Positions 48,516 to 59,191 of a stretch of DNA of 64,000 nucleotides are shown piece after piece (the first letter of the stretch is position 1; every line of letters starts with the position of its first letter). The translations under genes and the position numbers were made by a program. Location of the stretch: NCBI GenBank assembly GCA_963693055.1, contig OY843751.1, positions 3,330,359 to 3,394,358 of the forward strand, read 5' to 3'. Under the pieces are notes generated by a model. That model saw only the letters and a program-made list of their open reading frames with translations. It ran no database searches and had not been told where the DNA came from. This DNA comes from a bacterium (GTDB lineage Bacteria > Zhuqueibacterota > Zhuqueibacteria > Residuimicrobiales > Krinioviventaceae).

Positions 48516-48617
48516 AAAGCGTTCCTTTCCATATCGTAAGAATTTATCAATATACGCATTAATGAGCTATTTTTCAACTTACTCGAGCAGATTAAATACG
48601 ATGTCAGATTATTTGAT

Positions 48618-49694
48618 TTACAATACACGATCAATAACACCGCCACCCAGCACCAGATCATCTTGATAAAAGACGGCTGACTGGCCGGGAGTAATTGCGC
48701 TTTGTGGTTCCGTGCAAATGACTTTGACTTTGCCATGCTCAACAGGTTCAATCAATGCTTCAAATTCCTGCTGAGATGATCTGATTTTCATATTCACTCG
48801 AGTTGCGCTTTTTAGATCTGCAACCGCTATCCAGTTTAGCTGGTCTACCAAGAAAGAGTCATTAAATACATATTCACGCGGACCAACAACTACCTGATTA
48901 CTGTGCGCGTCAATATTGATCACATAAAGTGGTTCTGATGAAGAAATGCCCAATCCTTTACGTTGTCCTATGGTATAATTCCAAACACCCTTGTGCTGTC
49001 CCAGCACTTTGCCATCTATATGTACAATATTTCCGGTTCTCTCACGAATATCGATCAGGTCGTTATAATCACCACTGTAAAAATCCTGACTGTCAGATTT
49101 ATCATGCAATGAGATTTGGTTTTGTCGGGCTATCTTTCGTACCTCTGTCTTTTCAAATTCGCCCAGGGGTAACAGCAGCTTTTGCAACTGCGGCTGAGTA
49201 AGGCGATACAGAAAATAAGTTTGATCTTTGGAAGAATCGACAGCCTTGAGTAATACATAACGACCGGAAGATTCCTGATAGTTTACTCTGGCATAATGCC
49301 CGGTGGCAAATTTATCAAAAGCTTCACCTGAATCCTGAATCATTGTGGGCAAAACATCCAGCTTGATCTGTTGATTACACTGAATACAGGGATTCGGTGT
49401 TCGTCCTGCAAGATACTCTCGCTTGAAATAATCCAGCACAATCTTTTTATAAGCCGTTGAACAATCATAAACCTGAAAAGGGATTTTTAGTTCGTTGCAA
49501 AGGACCCGTGCTTCATCAATATCATCCTGTTCTTCCGGGCCAAAGCAAGCGTGTTTACCGGTATGAGAAGTAACATTTGTAGAGTGGTTCCAAATGGCCA
49601 TGGTAACGCCAAAAACATCGTGCCCCTGTTCTTTTAACATATATGCGGTAACAGCAGAATCTACTCCGCCGCTTAATCCTACAGCTATTTTCAT
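48618..49694 (-). CDS. mnmA: tRNA-specific 2-thiouridylase MnmA
   Basis: The PP-loop reads MKIAVGLSGGVDSAV, and the catalytic cysteines lie in the NPCIQCN and FYSGDY regions. The start is chosen at the M of MKIAVG. The ORF-track start at 49736 is a TTG 14 codons upstream. Confidence 0.9.
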   Translation of the reverse strand: MKIAVGLSGGVDSAVTAYMLKEQGHDVFGVTMAIWNHSTNVTSHTGKHACFGPEEQDDIDEARVLCNELKIPFQVYDCSTAYKKIVLDYFKREYLAGRTPNPCIQCNQQIKLDVLPTMIQDSGEAFDKFATGHYARVNYQESSGRYVLLKAVDSSKDQTYFLYRLTQPQLQKLLLPLGEFEKTEVRKIARQNQISLHDKSDSQDFYSGDYNDLIDIRERTGNIVHIDGKVLGQHKGVWNYTIGQRKGLGISSSEPLYVINIDAHSNQVVVGPREYVFNDSFLVDQLNWIAVADLKSATRVNMKIRSSQQEFEALIEPVEHGKVKVICTEPQSAITPGQSAVFYQDDLVLGGGVIDRVL

Positions 49695-49763
49695 GAGTTT
49701 TCCATAGATAAAACAACAATTTGGAAAATAAAACAAATATTGGCAGGAAAAATTCCGGAGAAA

Positions 49764-50507
49764 CTAAAAAACGCCGAGTAGTTTAGCGGACATGATCAGA
49801 ATGGCTACCAGTAAAACAATACGAACAACCTTTTCACCTTTTTTCACAGCTACCTTGGCAGAAAACCAGGCACCGGTTGCATTACCGGCAGCAAGGGCAA
49901 GACCATATTCCCACCTCACATTACCTGTCAGAATGAATACTGCAAGCGCGGGTATGGTATAGAAAAATATTACAAAAACTTTATGCATATTGACTTTGAC
50001 CAGATCAATCTTTAATATATTTTGCAGTGCTGCCATTAAAATAAATCCAACGCCTACCTGTATAAAACCACCGTAAAATCCAATTCCAACCATAGCGGGA
50101 TAAATGAGCCAGGCATTTTTAGGGTTTTCCGAGAATTTTATTTTTTTCTTGGGAAGCACAATGGTTATCATAATACCAATCATAACAATACCCAAAATCT
50201 TGTGGAACAATGCGTTGTTAATATGCACAGCCAGAAAAGCACCCAAAATAGCACCGGGAAGCGCGAACAAAGACATTACAGTACTGTGTCTGAATGAATG
50301 GACTTTTTCCTGACGGAAGGATAAAATTGCGGATATATTTTGGATAAAAATTGCTACACGATTTGTGCCATTTGCAAGTGCACCATCAAGCCCTAAAAAT
50401 ATTAACAATGGCAAAATAATGGCTGAACCACCACCTGCCATAACATTCATAAAACCGGTAAATACACCTGTTGTATAAAGCAATAATATCTTTGGTATTT
50501 CATGCAT
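49764..50507 (-). CDS. TauE/SafE (DUF81) family anion exporter membrane protein
   Basis: There are two repeats of the TM bundle with G-rich motifs (FMNVMAGGGSAIILP; GVGFILMAAL). Confidence 0.8.
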   Translation of the reverse strand: MHEIPKILLLYTTGVFTGFMNVMAGGGSAIILPLLIFLGLDGALANGTNRVAIFIQNISAILSFRQEKVHSFRHSTVMSLFALPGAILGAFLAVHINNALFHKILGIVMIGIMITIVLPKKKIKFSENPKNAWLIYPAMVGIGFYGGFIQVGVGFILMAALQNILKIDLVKVNMHKVFVIFFYTIPALAVFILTGNVRWEYGLALAAGNATGAWFSAKVAVKKGEKVVRIVLLVAILIMSAKLLGVF

Positions 50508-50572
50508 AACTTTATCCTAAAGAAAAAATAATATACTGAATTAAAATAAAAAAATCCAGTTTGAAAAATTGG

Positions 50573-50601
50573 TCAAATTCACTTGCAATTCTGCACACAT
50601 T
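50573..50601 (+). promoter_or_regulatory. Candidate sigma-70 promoter (TTGCAA-N17-TATTTT) for the 50653-56340 plus-strand operon
   Basis: Hexamers with 17-nt spacing lie about 50 nt upstream of the ATG at 50653. Confidence 0.3.
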
Positions 50602-50652
50602 TTGATATTTTTGAATATAGGCCACGTAGTATTTTACAGGACATCAAACAGA

Positions 50653-51495
50653 ATGAAAACAACCCATTTCCTATTAATGCTTTTATTGGGGACAAGCATT
50701 AGTATATTCGCTTTACCCGCAAAAAAATCATTAAACGGATGGGAACAGACACAACCGGAAACAGTTTATACAACCAATCTACACGAACACATAAACGGAC
50801 AATCTCCCCTCTATTATGAACTGGGTTTTGATTCATTATTTGTATTGCAATTTAAAAAAAAGAATTCCGAATTAGAGTTGAATATCTATAAAATGCAATC
50901 ACCAGAATCAGCAATGGCCATATATCTGGTATCAGCAGGTAACGAAATTCCATCTGACGTGTTTCAGGAAAGAAACAGTGTAAATCCCTACCAGTTAAAT
51001 CTGGTCAAGGGGAGTTATTATTTTCAGATCAACATGTATAATAGCGATGCATCTACTCTCAAAGACATTCGCACTATAATTTCACCTATATTATCCAAAA
51101 TTAAAAAACAAAATATTGTTCTTTTAAACCGATTGCCTCAAAATGGTCTTGTTAAAGGATCAGAACGCATTGCCAGGGGCATGTATTCCATGCGAAATAT
51201 TTATTATTTTGGTAAAGGTGACCCCCTGATGTTAGATGGGAATATATTTGCGGTTGCAGGCGAATATGATGATGGTAACAAAAAATATACCCAACTGATT
51301 ATCGAGTATCCTGATATTGTTCAGGCAAAAACAGTATTTGACAGTTTAAATTCTGATACAAATAAATATTGGAAGATAGTGTTAAAGCAAAACAACAAAA
51401 TGGTTTTTAAAGATATTTACAATCATTTTGGTAAAGTTCTGTTATCCCAAAACAAAATTACGATCAACACAAAACTGGAGAATATTCCAAATTGA
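50653..51495 (+). CDS. Secreted hypothetical protein, translationally coupled to the downstream glycoside hydrolase
   Basis: The start is taken at the M of MKTTHFLLMLLLGTSISIFALPA (signal peptide). Its stop overlaps the next start by 4 nt. Confidence 0.6.
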   Translation: MKTTHFLLMLLLGTSISIFALPAKKSLNGWEQTQPETVYTTNLHEHINGQSPLYYELGFDSLFVLQFKKKNSELELNIYKMQSPESAMAIYLVSAGNEIPSDVFQERNSVNPYQLNLVKGSYYFQINMYNSDASTLKDIRTIISPILSKIKKQNIVLLNRLPQNGLVKGSERIARGMYSMRNIYYFGKGDPLMLDGNIFAVAGEYDDGNKKYTQLIIEYPDIVQAKTVFDSLNSDTNKYWKIVLKQNNKMVFKDIYNHFGKVLLSQNKITINTKLENIPN

Positions 51496-54200
51496 AGATC
51501 AAACTTTTTATCCTGATGACTGTGTTATCAAGTCAAATTCTTGCAGCCAGTCCCAATATCACGGCTGAAAATCGTCCCTGGACCCGTTGGTGGTGGCCGG
51601 CGAGTGCGGTAGATTCAGCCGGTATTACTTTTCAGATGGAATCGTTTCATCAAGCAGGTATGGGCGGAGTAGAGATTACACCTATTTACGGCGCAAAAGG
51701 CTATGAAGACCGTTTTATCGACTTTTTATCACCTCAATGGGTGGATATGCTGCAATTCACACTGGACGAGGCAGACCGTCTTGGTTTGCAAGTGGATATG
51801 AACAACGGTACAGGCTGGCCTTTTGGTGGCCCACAGATCACTCCTGAACTGGCGGCCTGTAAAGTTGAGATTGTAGAGCTGCCGGCTGACTCTGTGCTGC
51901 TGTCCCCTCAAAAGCTATTGGGAGTTATAGTTCATGACAAAAAAAACAAGATCATCACTACAGATTTTAAAAAGTCTTTATCAAAACTTGAAACCCAAAA
52001 AGTTACTGCTATCTATGAAGGCAGAACTCGTCAAAAAGTAAAACGGTCAGCTCCCGGTGGTGAAGGCTGGGTAATGGACCATTACTCCACTCTGGCAACA
52101 GATACATATCTTGACCGGTTCAGTGAAACAATTCCGGTAGAGGTCATGTCACGCGTTCGTACCATTTTTAATGACTCGTATGAAGTGTATGGTGCCAACT
52201 GGACCCCGGACATGTTTGCTGAATTTGAAAAACGTCGCGGTTACAAATTACAAGACCATCTGGATGCTTTGGCAGGTCTTGGAGATGAGGACACCATTGC
52301 ACGTGTCAAATCCGATTATCGTGAAACCATTGGTGATTTGCTATTAGAACATTTCACCCAACGCTGGACGAATTGGGCGCATGAACAGGGTACGTTGACA
52401 CGCAACCAGGCCCATGGCTCTCCCGGAAACCTGCTTGATCTTTACGCAACAGTGGATATTCCAGAGACTGAGATTTTCGGCCCCACACGCACTCATGTAC
52501 AAAATCTGAAAATTGATCCTGATTTTCCAACCGAGGGACGTATTCCCCCCGATATGTTTATGATGAAATTTGCTTCTTCAGCAGCAAACATAACCGGTAA
52601 AAAACTGACATCCTCAGAGTCTTTTACCTGGCTGGGCGAACATTTTAAAACCGCACTTTCTCAATGTAAACCCGAGATAGACCACATGTTTATCAGCGGT
52701 ATTAACCACATCCTGTTTCATGGGACGTGTTATTCTCCGCAAGATGCCCCCTGGCCCGGTTGGTTGTTTTACGCATCCGTTCAGTTTGGGCCTGAAAATT
52801 CAATCTGGCAAGATTTGCCTGCAATGACCGAATATATAACCAACTGTCAAAACATGTTGCAAAACTCTACGCACACCAACGATGTTTTGATATACTGGCC
52901 CATTTATGACATCTATTATGATACGGAAGGGCTCATGAAAACTTTTACCGTACATGGTATTGATGAATGGCTCTATCCTACTGATTTTTACCAGACCGCA
53001 AAATTGCTACACCAGAATGGTATTGCGTTTGATTATATTTCAGACCATTTGCTAGAATCAGTTAATGTTAAAGACGGACAGTTGATGACAGCCGGTGGCC
53101 CTTATAAAACCATCATTGTACCGGAAACACGATTCATGCCGGTCTCTACACTAGAAAAGCTCTACTCTCTTGCAGAAAATGGTGCAACTGTGTTGTTTCA
53201 TCATCAGTATCCTCAAGATGTGCCCGGATTCAATGATCTGAAAAATCGCAGAAAAAGCTTGAAACAATGTGCAGACAAGGGAGCAAAAATAACAGGCAAT
53301 CGTTTTGCCGTAACCGATCATATCCTCCCCGATCTTGACAGATTAAACGTCAACAAAGAAAGCCTGGCAGATTCAGGGCTGGTATATATAAAAAAGAATT
53401 ATAATGATAAACCCTTTTATTTTGTCAGCAATTTGACATCAAAACCGGTTAACGGGTGGATACCCTTTAATGTTAAATCCGAATCTGTTTGGGTATGGTT
53501 GTGGAAACCTATCCAGAACCATCTGGGCAAAGGTCAAATCGTTCAAATAAATGATTCTGAATCAATGGTCTATTTACAAATTGAATCCGGTGAATCCGTT
53601 CTCTTGTTGTTTGATTTTGAACTACCGCAGGAATTTAAAAACCTGCGCAAAGGTGACAATCCTGTTCTGCTGACAGGTCCGTGGGACCTTGAATTTACCA
53701 AGGGCGGTCCGGAATTACCCGGCTCTGCCACAATAAAATCTCTAAAATCATGGACAGCTTTGGATGACAAGGAATGTCAACGCTTTGCAGGTACGGGCAA
53801 ATACATAACCACCTTTGACAAACCGAAAATTCAGGCAGACGAGTGGCAACTGGACCTGGGTAAAGTCTGTGAAAGCGCCAAAATCCGTATAAATGGCAAA
53901 GATCTGGGTACGGTATGGTGCCTGCCCTTTAACCTCACATTTCCGGCCACATTACTAAAAGACAAAGGCAATACACTTGAAATTGAGGTTACCAACCTTT
54001 CCGCAAACCGTATCAAAGATCTGGAACAACGGGGTGTTGAATGGAAACGCTTTTACGAGATCAACTTTGTGAATATCAATTATAAACCGTTTGATGCCTC
54101 TGCTTGGGAGCTGGTACCATCTGGACTTTTAGGGCCTGTTCAGCTTGTACCAATGCATTATTTTAAACCGGACGTACATTTGATCAAAAAATCGGAGTAA
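51492..54200 (+). CDS. Large secreted glycoside-hydrolase-like protein (family uncertain, possibly GH106/rhamnosidase-like)
   Basis: A signal peptide, an N-terminal W-rich motif RPWTRWWWPAS and a C-terminal beta-sandwich. It has a TTG start that overlaps the upstream stop. An ATG alternative lies at about 51516. Confidence 0.55.
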   Translation: MKIKLFILMTVLSSQILAASPNITAENRPWTRWWWPASAVDSAGITFQMESFHQAGMGGVEITPIYGAKGYEDRFIDFLSPQWVDMLQFTLDEADRLGLQVDMNNGTGWPFGGPQITPELAACKVEIVELPADSVLLSPQKLLGVIVHDKKNKIITTDFKKSLSKLETQKVTAIYEGRTRQKVKRSAPGGEGWVMDHYSTLATDTYLDRFSETIPVEVMSRVRTIFNDSYEVYGANWTPDMFAEFEKRRGYKLQDHLDALAGLGDEDTIARVKSDYRETIGDLLLEHFTQRWTNWAHEQGTLTRNQAHGSPGNLLDLYATVDIPETEIFGPTRTHVQNLKIDPDFPTEGRIPPDMFMMKFASSAANITGKKLTSSESFTWLGEHFKTALSQCKPEIDHMFISGINHILFHGTCYSPQDAPWPGWLFYASVQFGPENSIWQDLPAMTEYITNCQNMLQNSTHTNDVLIYWPIYDIYYDTEGLMKTFTVHGIDEWLYPTDFYQTAKLLHQNGIAFDYISDHLLESVNVKDGQLMTAGGPYKTIIVPETRFMPVSTLEKLYSLAENGATVLFHHQYPQDVPGFNDLKNRRKSLKQCADKGAKITGNRFAVTDHILPDLDRLNVNKESLADSGLVYIKKNYNDKPFYFVSNLTSKPVNGWIPFNVKSESVWVWLWKPIQNHLGKGQIVQINDSESMVYLQIESGESVLLLFDFELPQEFKNLRKGDNPVLLTGPWDLEFTKGGPELPGSATIKSLKSWTALDDKECQRFAGTGKYITTFDKPKIQADEWQLDLGKVCESAKIRINGKDLGTVWCLPFNLTFPATLLKDKGNTLEIEVTNLSANRIKDLEQRGVEWKRFYEINFVNINYKPFDASAWELVPSGLLGPVQLVPMHYFKPDVHLIKKSE

Positions 54201-54203
54201 TAA

Positions 54204-55802
54204 ATGAACAAGAAAATCAATCGTCGTCAATTTATATCCCGAACAGCAACAGGAATCGGTGCAATAACTGCGGGTAGTGTATTTAGCAGTTTAAGCTGCA
54301 CCAAAACCACCAAACGACCCAACATACTTTTAGTTATGGTGGATGATATGGGTTATTCGGATCTGGGCTGCTTTGGCTCTGAGATAGATACCCCAAATGT
54401 AAACAACCTAGCCAATAACGGCATACGCTTTACCCGGTTTTATAATGCTTCCCGCTGCTGCCCTACCCGGGCATCACTCATGACTGGCCTTTATCCACAC
54501 GAGGCTGGAATTGGTGATATGGTGGGTTCAAAATATAACATGCCCTCATACCAGGGTTATCTGAATGACGAATCTGTTACCATAGCAGAAGTTATGAAAT
54601 CTGCCGGATACACAACTCTCATGTCCGGTAAATGGCATGTGGGTGAACATAAACCACACTGGCCCTGTGACCGTGGATTTGATCGCTACTTTGGTCTCAT
54701 CAGCGGAGCAGCCAATTACTGGGATATTACCAAAGGCAAAGCCCCAAATGTAAATCGTCAAATGGCACTGAATAATGATCCATGGACTCCCCCGAAAGAG
54801 GGATTTTACATGACCGATGCCATTACCGACCATGCAGTTGAATTTTTAAATGAAAATATTTCAGATACCAAACCTTTTTTCATGTACCTTGCCTTTACTG
54901 CTCCACACTGGCCACTGCATGCATGGCCCCAGGATATTGCCAAATACAAAGGTAAATATATGATGGGCTGGGATGAACTCCGGCGCATTCGCTATAAACG
55001 TATGGTAGAAATGGGTATCATTGATGAAAAATGGGACCTGAGTCCGCGTGACCCTCAAGCCATGGCCTGGGAAGAAGTCAAAGATAAAGAGCTGATGGAT
55101 TCAAAAATGGCAACCTATGCCGCTATGCTGGACCGTATGGACCAGAACCTGGGCAGAGTTTTAAATACAATCAAAGAAAAAGGCCAGGAAGAGAACACAT
55201 TGATCATGTTCCTGTCCGATAACGGTGCCTGCCATGAGAGTGGTCCATTGGGATTTGACCGTAGAGACAATGGCCTGCCGGTAGGTGGTGTGGATTCGTA
55301 CATGAGTTATGGGTTAAGCTGGTCTAATGCCGGTAACACCCCCTTTCGTATGCATAAACACTGGGTGCACGAAGGCGGAATTTCAACACCCTTTATCGCC
55401 AAGTGGCCTGCTGTGATCAAAAATACCGGTGGATTAAATACCGAGACCGGCCACATAGTGGATGTAATGGCAACCTGTGTAGATGTTGCGGGTGCAGACT
55501 ATCCCGAAATATACAATGGTAAATCCATCAAACCCATGCGTGGTAAAAGTCTGGTACCTGTATTTAAAGCCGGAGAACGTAACGGACACGAATATTTATT
55601 CTGGGAACATGAAGGTAACAAGGCCGTTCGTCATGGCAATTGGAAACTGGTATCCAAAGATAATGATGAATGGGAATTGTACGATCTTGAACTGGACCGC
55701 AGCGAGCTGAACAATCTGGCCAAATCTAAACCTGATCAAGTTGAGCAATTGATTGCCAAATGGACAGAATGGGCCAAAGAAGTGGGCGTATATCTGGGAT
55801 AA
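54204..55802 (+). CDS. TAT-secreted arylsulfatase (Cys-type, formylglycine-dependent sulfatase family)
   Basis: The twin-arginine signal reads NRRQFISRTATGIGAITAG. The sulfatase signature CCPTRASLMTG (CxPxR) and downstream GKWHVG are present. Confidence 0.92.
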   Translation: MNKKINRRQFISRTATGIGAITAGSVFSSLSCTKTTKRPNILLVMVDDMGYSDLGCFGSEIDTPNVNNLANNGIRFTRFYNASRCCPTRASLMTGLYPHEAGIGDMVGSKYNMPSYQGYLNDESVTIAEVMKSAGYTTLMSGKWHVGEHKPHWPCDRGFDRYFGLISGAANYWDITKGKAPNVNRQMALNNDPWTPPKEGFYMTDAITDHAVEFLNENISDTKPFFMYLAFTAPHWPLHAWPQDIAKYKGKYMMGWDELRRIRYKRMVEMGIIDEKWDLSPRDPQAMAWEEVKDKELMDSKMATYAAMLDRMDQNLGRVLNTIKEKGQEENTLIMFLSDNGACHESGPLGFDRRDNGLPVGGVDSYMSYGLSWSNAGNTPFRMHKHWVHEGGISTPFIAKWPAVIKNTGGLNTETGHIVDVMATCVDVAGADYPEIYNGKSIKPMRGKSLVPVFKAGERNGHEYLFWEHEGNKAVRHGNWKLVSKDNDEWELYDLELDRSELNNLAKSKPDQVEQLIAKWTEWAKEVGVYLG

Positions 55803-55851
55803 ATTATGATGCTTGAGCGGTCACATGTCACTCAAGCTTTTGGAGAATATT

Positions 55852-56340
55852 ATGAAAAAAACATGGTTCTTGTTCCTCTTACTAACTATTGTAATATCCG
55901 GTTGTGAAAAAATGGATGAAAAATCCACAACTGCATCAGAATCAGAAACAGTAACGACCAAAGATCAAACCCCTTCCGAGATTATCATTTCAAAAGAACT
56001 GGAAGCTCTTACTCGCTGGAGTCATGGTGATCCATCCGGATATATTGATATTGCAGCAGATGATATCACCTATTATGCCGAAGGTTGCGATACATTGATC
56101 ATAGGGATCAAGGATTTCACAACCGTGAATGCCGCACTTGAAGGCAAGGTAAACATTCCCCATCTAGAGTTGAAAAATCCCAAGGTTGAAATGTATGGTA
56201 ATGTTGGCATATTTACTTTTGTACTGCACAATTTCAATGATGAACGGGAACTCACCTCTCGCTGGAAAACAACCGAAGTTTACGAAAAAATCGATAACGA
56301 TTGGAAGCTGGTACATTCCCACTGGTCACTTTTAAGATAG
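55852..56340 (+). CDS. Lipoprotein with a DUF4440/SnoaL-like (NTF2-fold) domain
   Basis: The start is taken at the M of MKKTWFLFLLLTIVISGC (lipobox). ...TRWSHGDPSGYIDIAADDITYY...WKLVHSHWS matches the NTF2-like pattern. Confidence 0.6.
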   Translation: MKKTWFLFLLLTIVISGCEKMDEKSTTASESETVTTKDQTPSEIIISKELEALTRWSHGDPSGYIDIAADDITYYAEGCDTLIIGIKDFTTVNAALEGKVNIPHLELKNPKVEMYGNVGIFTFVLHNFNDERELTSRWKTTEVYEKIDNDWKLVHSHWSLLR

Positions 56341-56376
56341 ATGCACAAACGCTGAATTGGAATTTAATTTAAAAAA

Positions 56377-56407
56377 ATCCCGAGGAATTAGATTTCTCGG
56401 GATTTTT
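56377..56407 (+). terminator. Rho-independent terminator ending the plus-strand sulfatase operon
   Basis: A7-ATCCCGAG-(10-nt loop)-CTCGGGAT-T5. Confidence 0.75.
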
Positions 56408-56520
56408 CATTTCTGGTTCTTAAACTCTACCTTGTTTTCTAAATACAATCTCGTTCCAGTGCAAAGCCCATGAACGATAAGTAAAACTTTTAGCCATTCT
56501 GTTTGTTTGTATTAGCGTTG

Positions 56521-56563
56521 AAAAAAGAATCTGCCTTGTCCGCAATCAAATCGTACAAGGCAG
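56521..56563 (-). terminator. Terminator of the minus-strand FGE-fusion gene
   Basis: Read on the minus strand, CTGCCTTGT-(15-nt loop)-ACAAGGCAG is followed by ATTCTTTTTT. Confidence 0.6.
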
Positions 56564-56586
56564 ATATGATAAAAATTATAAACGGT

Positions 56587-58986
56587 CTATTTTTTTGCTT
56601 TAATCAATGGCTGATCATAAATTGAAGGATAACCGCCACCCATGTTGCGGGCCAACCAGAGTCGGTAATCCAGAGAGGTGGTAGCGGTTAAATATTTTTT
56701 GGTGATAGGAGTTACCGCAGTAACCACAGCTACAGCGGGGCCATCTTTATCGTTTACAATGAGTACGAGTTCGTCCCGGAAATCGCCATATAAATCAGCG
56801 GTCATTCTTAATCCGCTATGAGGCACAGGATTAGGGACCTCACCCTCCACCGTTACTACTTTATCACCATCATAATTGCCTATTACCCTGCCACTGCCAC
56901 TCAGCAGTTCGCGGGTATCATCTCCATCCCATTCAAAAGGAAGATAGCCAAAAGGTTGAGCTTTTTTTAACAAACGGCCGTCAGCAGAAAACATTGCTAA
57001 TTTAGCGTCACCATGACCGGTACGGGTACACAGACATTCCATACCTGGTGAGCCGTCCCAAATATCTGCCGCCCAGCCGTTATGACCATGCGACCAACGT
57101 GGATCGTCTTCCTTGTTCTCTTTCCAAATGATCTCGCCGGTACTGGCATCGCACATGTATGTTCCGGCATTGATATTGTCTTCAATCAGGTACCACACTT
57201 CAAGACCGGGACGATCCGGTAAAAAGTCGAGTATCTTGACCTTGTCCGCATGCCGTTTATAGATAGACCATCGCAGTGTACCGTCAGAATTGAGACAGGT
57301 GGTACCATCAAACACTTCTTGCTTTCCATCACCGTCCACATCACACACTTCAATTTTGTGCCCACCGCTGCCGTTGGTAGCGCCGGTGCTTTTATATTCC
57401 CACAGCTTTTTCAAATTATGATCAAAAGCTGTAAGGACTTCATTTTCATAGAGTCCGGTTTGGGTTATCACTGCTGGGTGAACACCATCAAGATAACCGA
57501 TTGATAATTGAATACGGGTAGATGACCGGTAAATATCAGATATCATTTCGGGCCAGAGATTTTTAGCTTTGAGCTTGCCGGTCATTCCGTCAAGAATTGT
57601 GACATAGACCTCATCGCCAATCTGCATGCGGCAAATGACTTCGGCCTTGCCGTCACCATCCATATCCCAGACATTAAAAGGTACATTGCTTGCACTGCCC
57701 CAACAATGGTCATGCCAGCAAACATCTTTGCACCATAAAGATCGACCATAAGAGGTAAAAGCTTCTATCTGTACAGGTACTTTGGGATTCTGTGATTGTT
57801 CATGATTGCCGTTATACATCTTTATTACACAATCCATAACACCATCGCCATCCAGATCTCCAAAAATGGGAACAATCTGGTCCTTGGTAATGGGTTTGAA
57901 ACGTGTAACAATAGGCAAATATGTTTCCTGATCAACAACTTTAATATCGGTCCAATCCGATCGTTTACCTTCCTTCTCTTTGCTGTTTACCGAACGAACA
58001 TAATAGTGATAATGTTTTCCGGGACTCACATCGTCATCGATAAAGCAGGTACCATCTTTGACCGGCGATTTTGTGATGCGGAACCCGTCATGCCGCCGGG
58101 AATCACTGCGATAAACGTGAAAACCGTCCCCTTGTTTGTCTGTTTCAAGAAGCGCCCACGAAAGAAAGACACTTGAAGGGCCGGTTTGAACAACACAGGA
58201 TTTACGCGGCAAGATCGTCCAGTCTCCGGGATTCGGTTCACGTACCGGACGAAAGCCTTTATCCGGACTCTTGATGCCCTGTATTGAGCTATCTGTTCCA
58301 CCGCAGTGCAGATAAATTTCGCCAACAGCCCAGGATCCGCCAGCTAATCCTTCTTCAAGACATCGAGGATCAATTACACGATATTTAAATCGAATTGCAG
58401 AAGCGTCATTCCGGTCGTCTACTCCCTGCCATACATTTCCCATAATATGGTACAAGCCATAACCGTTTTGGTAACCCGATTTAGCAGGTTGAAGCCATTT
58501 TTCCCAATCGGGATAGTTGCGTTTGTGATCATGGTTGTAATTGGCAAATTTGGGTGATGCCTTGTCACCCCAGGGGAAAAGCTTGTCTACTAGCCCCCCT
58601 CTGGATGCCCATTCAAACTCGGCTGTTGTGGGAAGACGATACAAACGGCCCTCTTTGGCAGAACGCCAGTCAAGATAGGCCAGCATGTCGTAACGGTTGA
58701 CATAAATAACGGGGTAATCTTTTTTGCCATTGGGGATTTCACCGTTTTCCCAGTACTCGGGTACCGGGTAGCCAGTGTCATCGGTAAACGCTTTATACTC
58801 GGCATTGGTAATTGTGTGATCCAGAATCTCAAAGTCATCTACCCTGACCTGTTGACGGGATTTGTACAAAATACTACCGCTTTTAAACTCGGCACCTTTA
58901 ATAAGCACAAAGCCATCATCAGCCATAACAGCACTAACAAGGAAAAGCAGAAAAACCATACTCGTGTAGAATCTTGCTTTCAACAT
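56587..58986 (-). CDS. Secreted fusion protein: FGE-sulfatase (SUMF1/EgtB/PvdO-family) domain + fibronectin type III + FG-GAP/PL11-like calcium-binding beta-propeller
   Basis: Signal peptide, then the FGE-like region ...RLPTTAEFEWASRGG...GYGLYHIMGNVWQG. After a Fn3-like segment come repeated DxDGDGxxE motifs (DLDGDGVMD, DMDGDGKAE, CDVDGDGKQE). Confidence 0.7.
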   Translation of the reverse strand: MLKARFYTSMVFLLFLVSAVMADDGFVLIKGAEFKSGSILYKSRQQVRVDDFEILDHTITNAEYKAFTDDTGYPVPEYWENGEIPNGKKDYPVIYVNRYDMLAYLDWRSAKEGRLYRLPTTAEFEWASRGGLVDKLFPWGDKASPKFANYNHDHKRNYPDWEKWLQPAKSGYQNGYGLYHIMGNVWQGVDDRNDASAIRFKYRVIDPRCLEEGLAGGSWAVGEIYLHCGGTDSSIQGIKSPDKGFRPVREPNPGDWTILPRKSCVVQTGPSSVFLSWALLETDKQGDGFHVYRSDSRRHDGFRITKSPVKDGTCFIDDDVSPGKHYHYYVRSVNSKEKEGKRSDWTDIKVVDQETYLPIVTRFKPITKDQIVPIFGDLDGDGVMDCVIKMYNGNHEQSQNPKVPVQIEAFTSYGRSLWCKDVCWHDHCWGSASNVPFNVWDMDGDGKAEVICRMQIGDEVYVTILDGMTGKLKAKNLWPEMISDIYRSSTRIQLSIGYLDGVHPAVITQTGLYENEVLTAFDHNLKKLWEYKSTGATNGSGGHKIEVCDVDGDGKQEVFDGTTCLNSDGTLRWSIYKRHADKVKILDFLPDRPGLEVWYLIEDNINAGTYMCDASTGEIIWKENKEDDPRWSHGHNGWAADIWDGSPGMECLCTRTGHGDAKLAMFSADGRLLKKAQPFGYLPFEWDGDDTRELLSGSGRVIGNYDGDKVVTVEGEVPNPVPHSGLRMTADLYGDFRDELVLIVNDKDGPAVAVVTAVTPITKKYLTATTSLDYRLWLARNMGGGYPSIYDQPLIKAKK

Positions 58987-59191
58987 GGACTCCTTTTAAT
59001 AAAAAGTGATAATAAAACTGGGGTGGCTGTCAATTAACACAATGTATTGTTCGTTATTATCTAAATAAAAAACTAATAATTGACAATAAAAAGTACAAAA
59101 TTGTAAACTCGAAAAAAAAGAATATTGTTATGATCAAAATTCAAACCACAATTTAATTCACATGTAATGCCAGGAAATTAGAATAAGGGAA

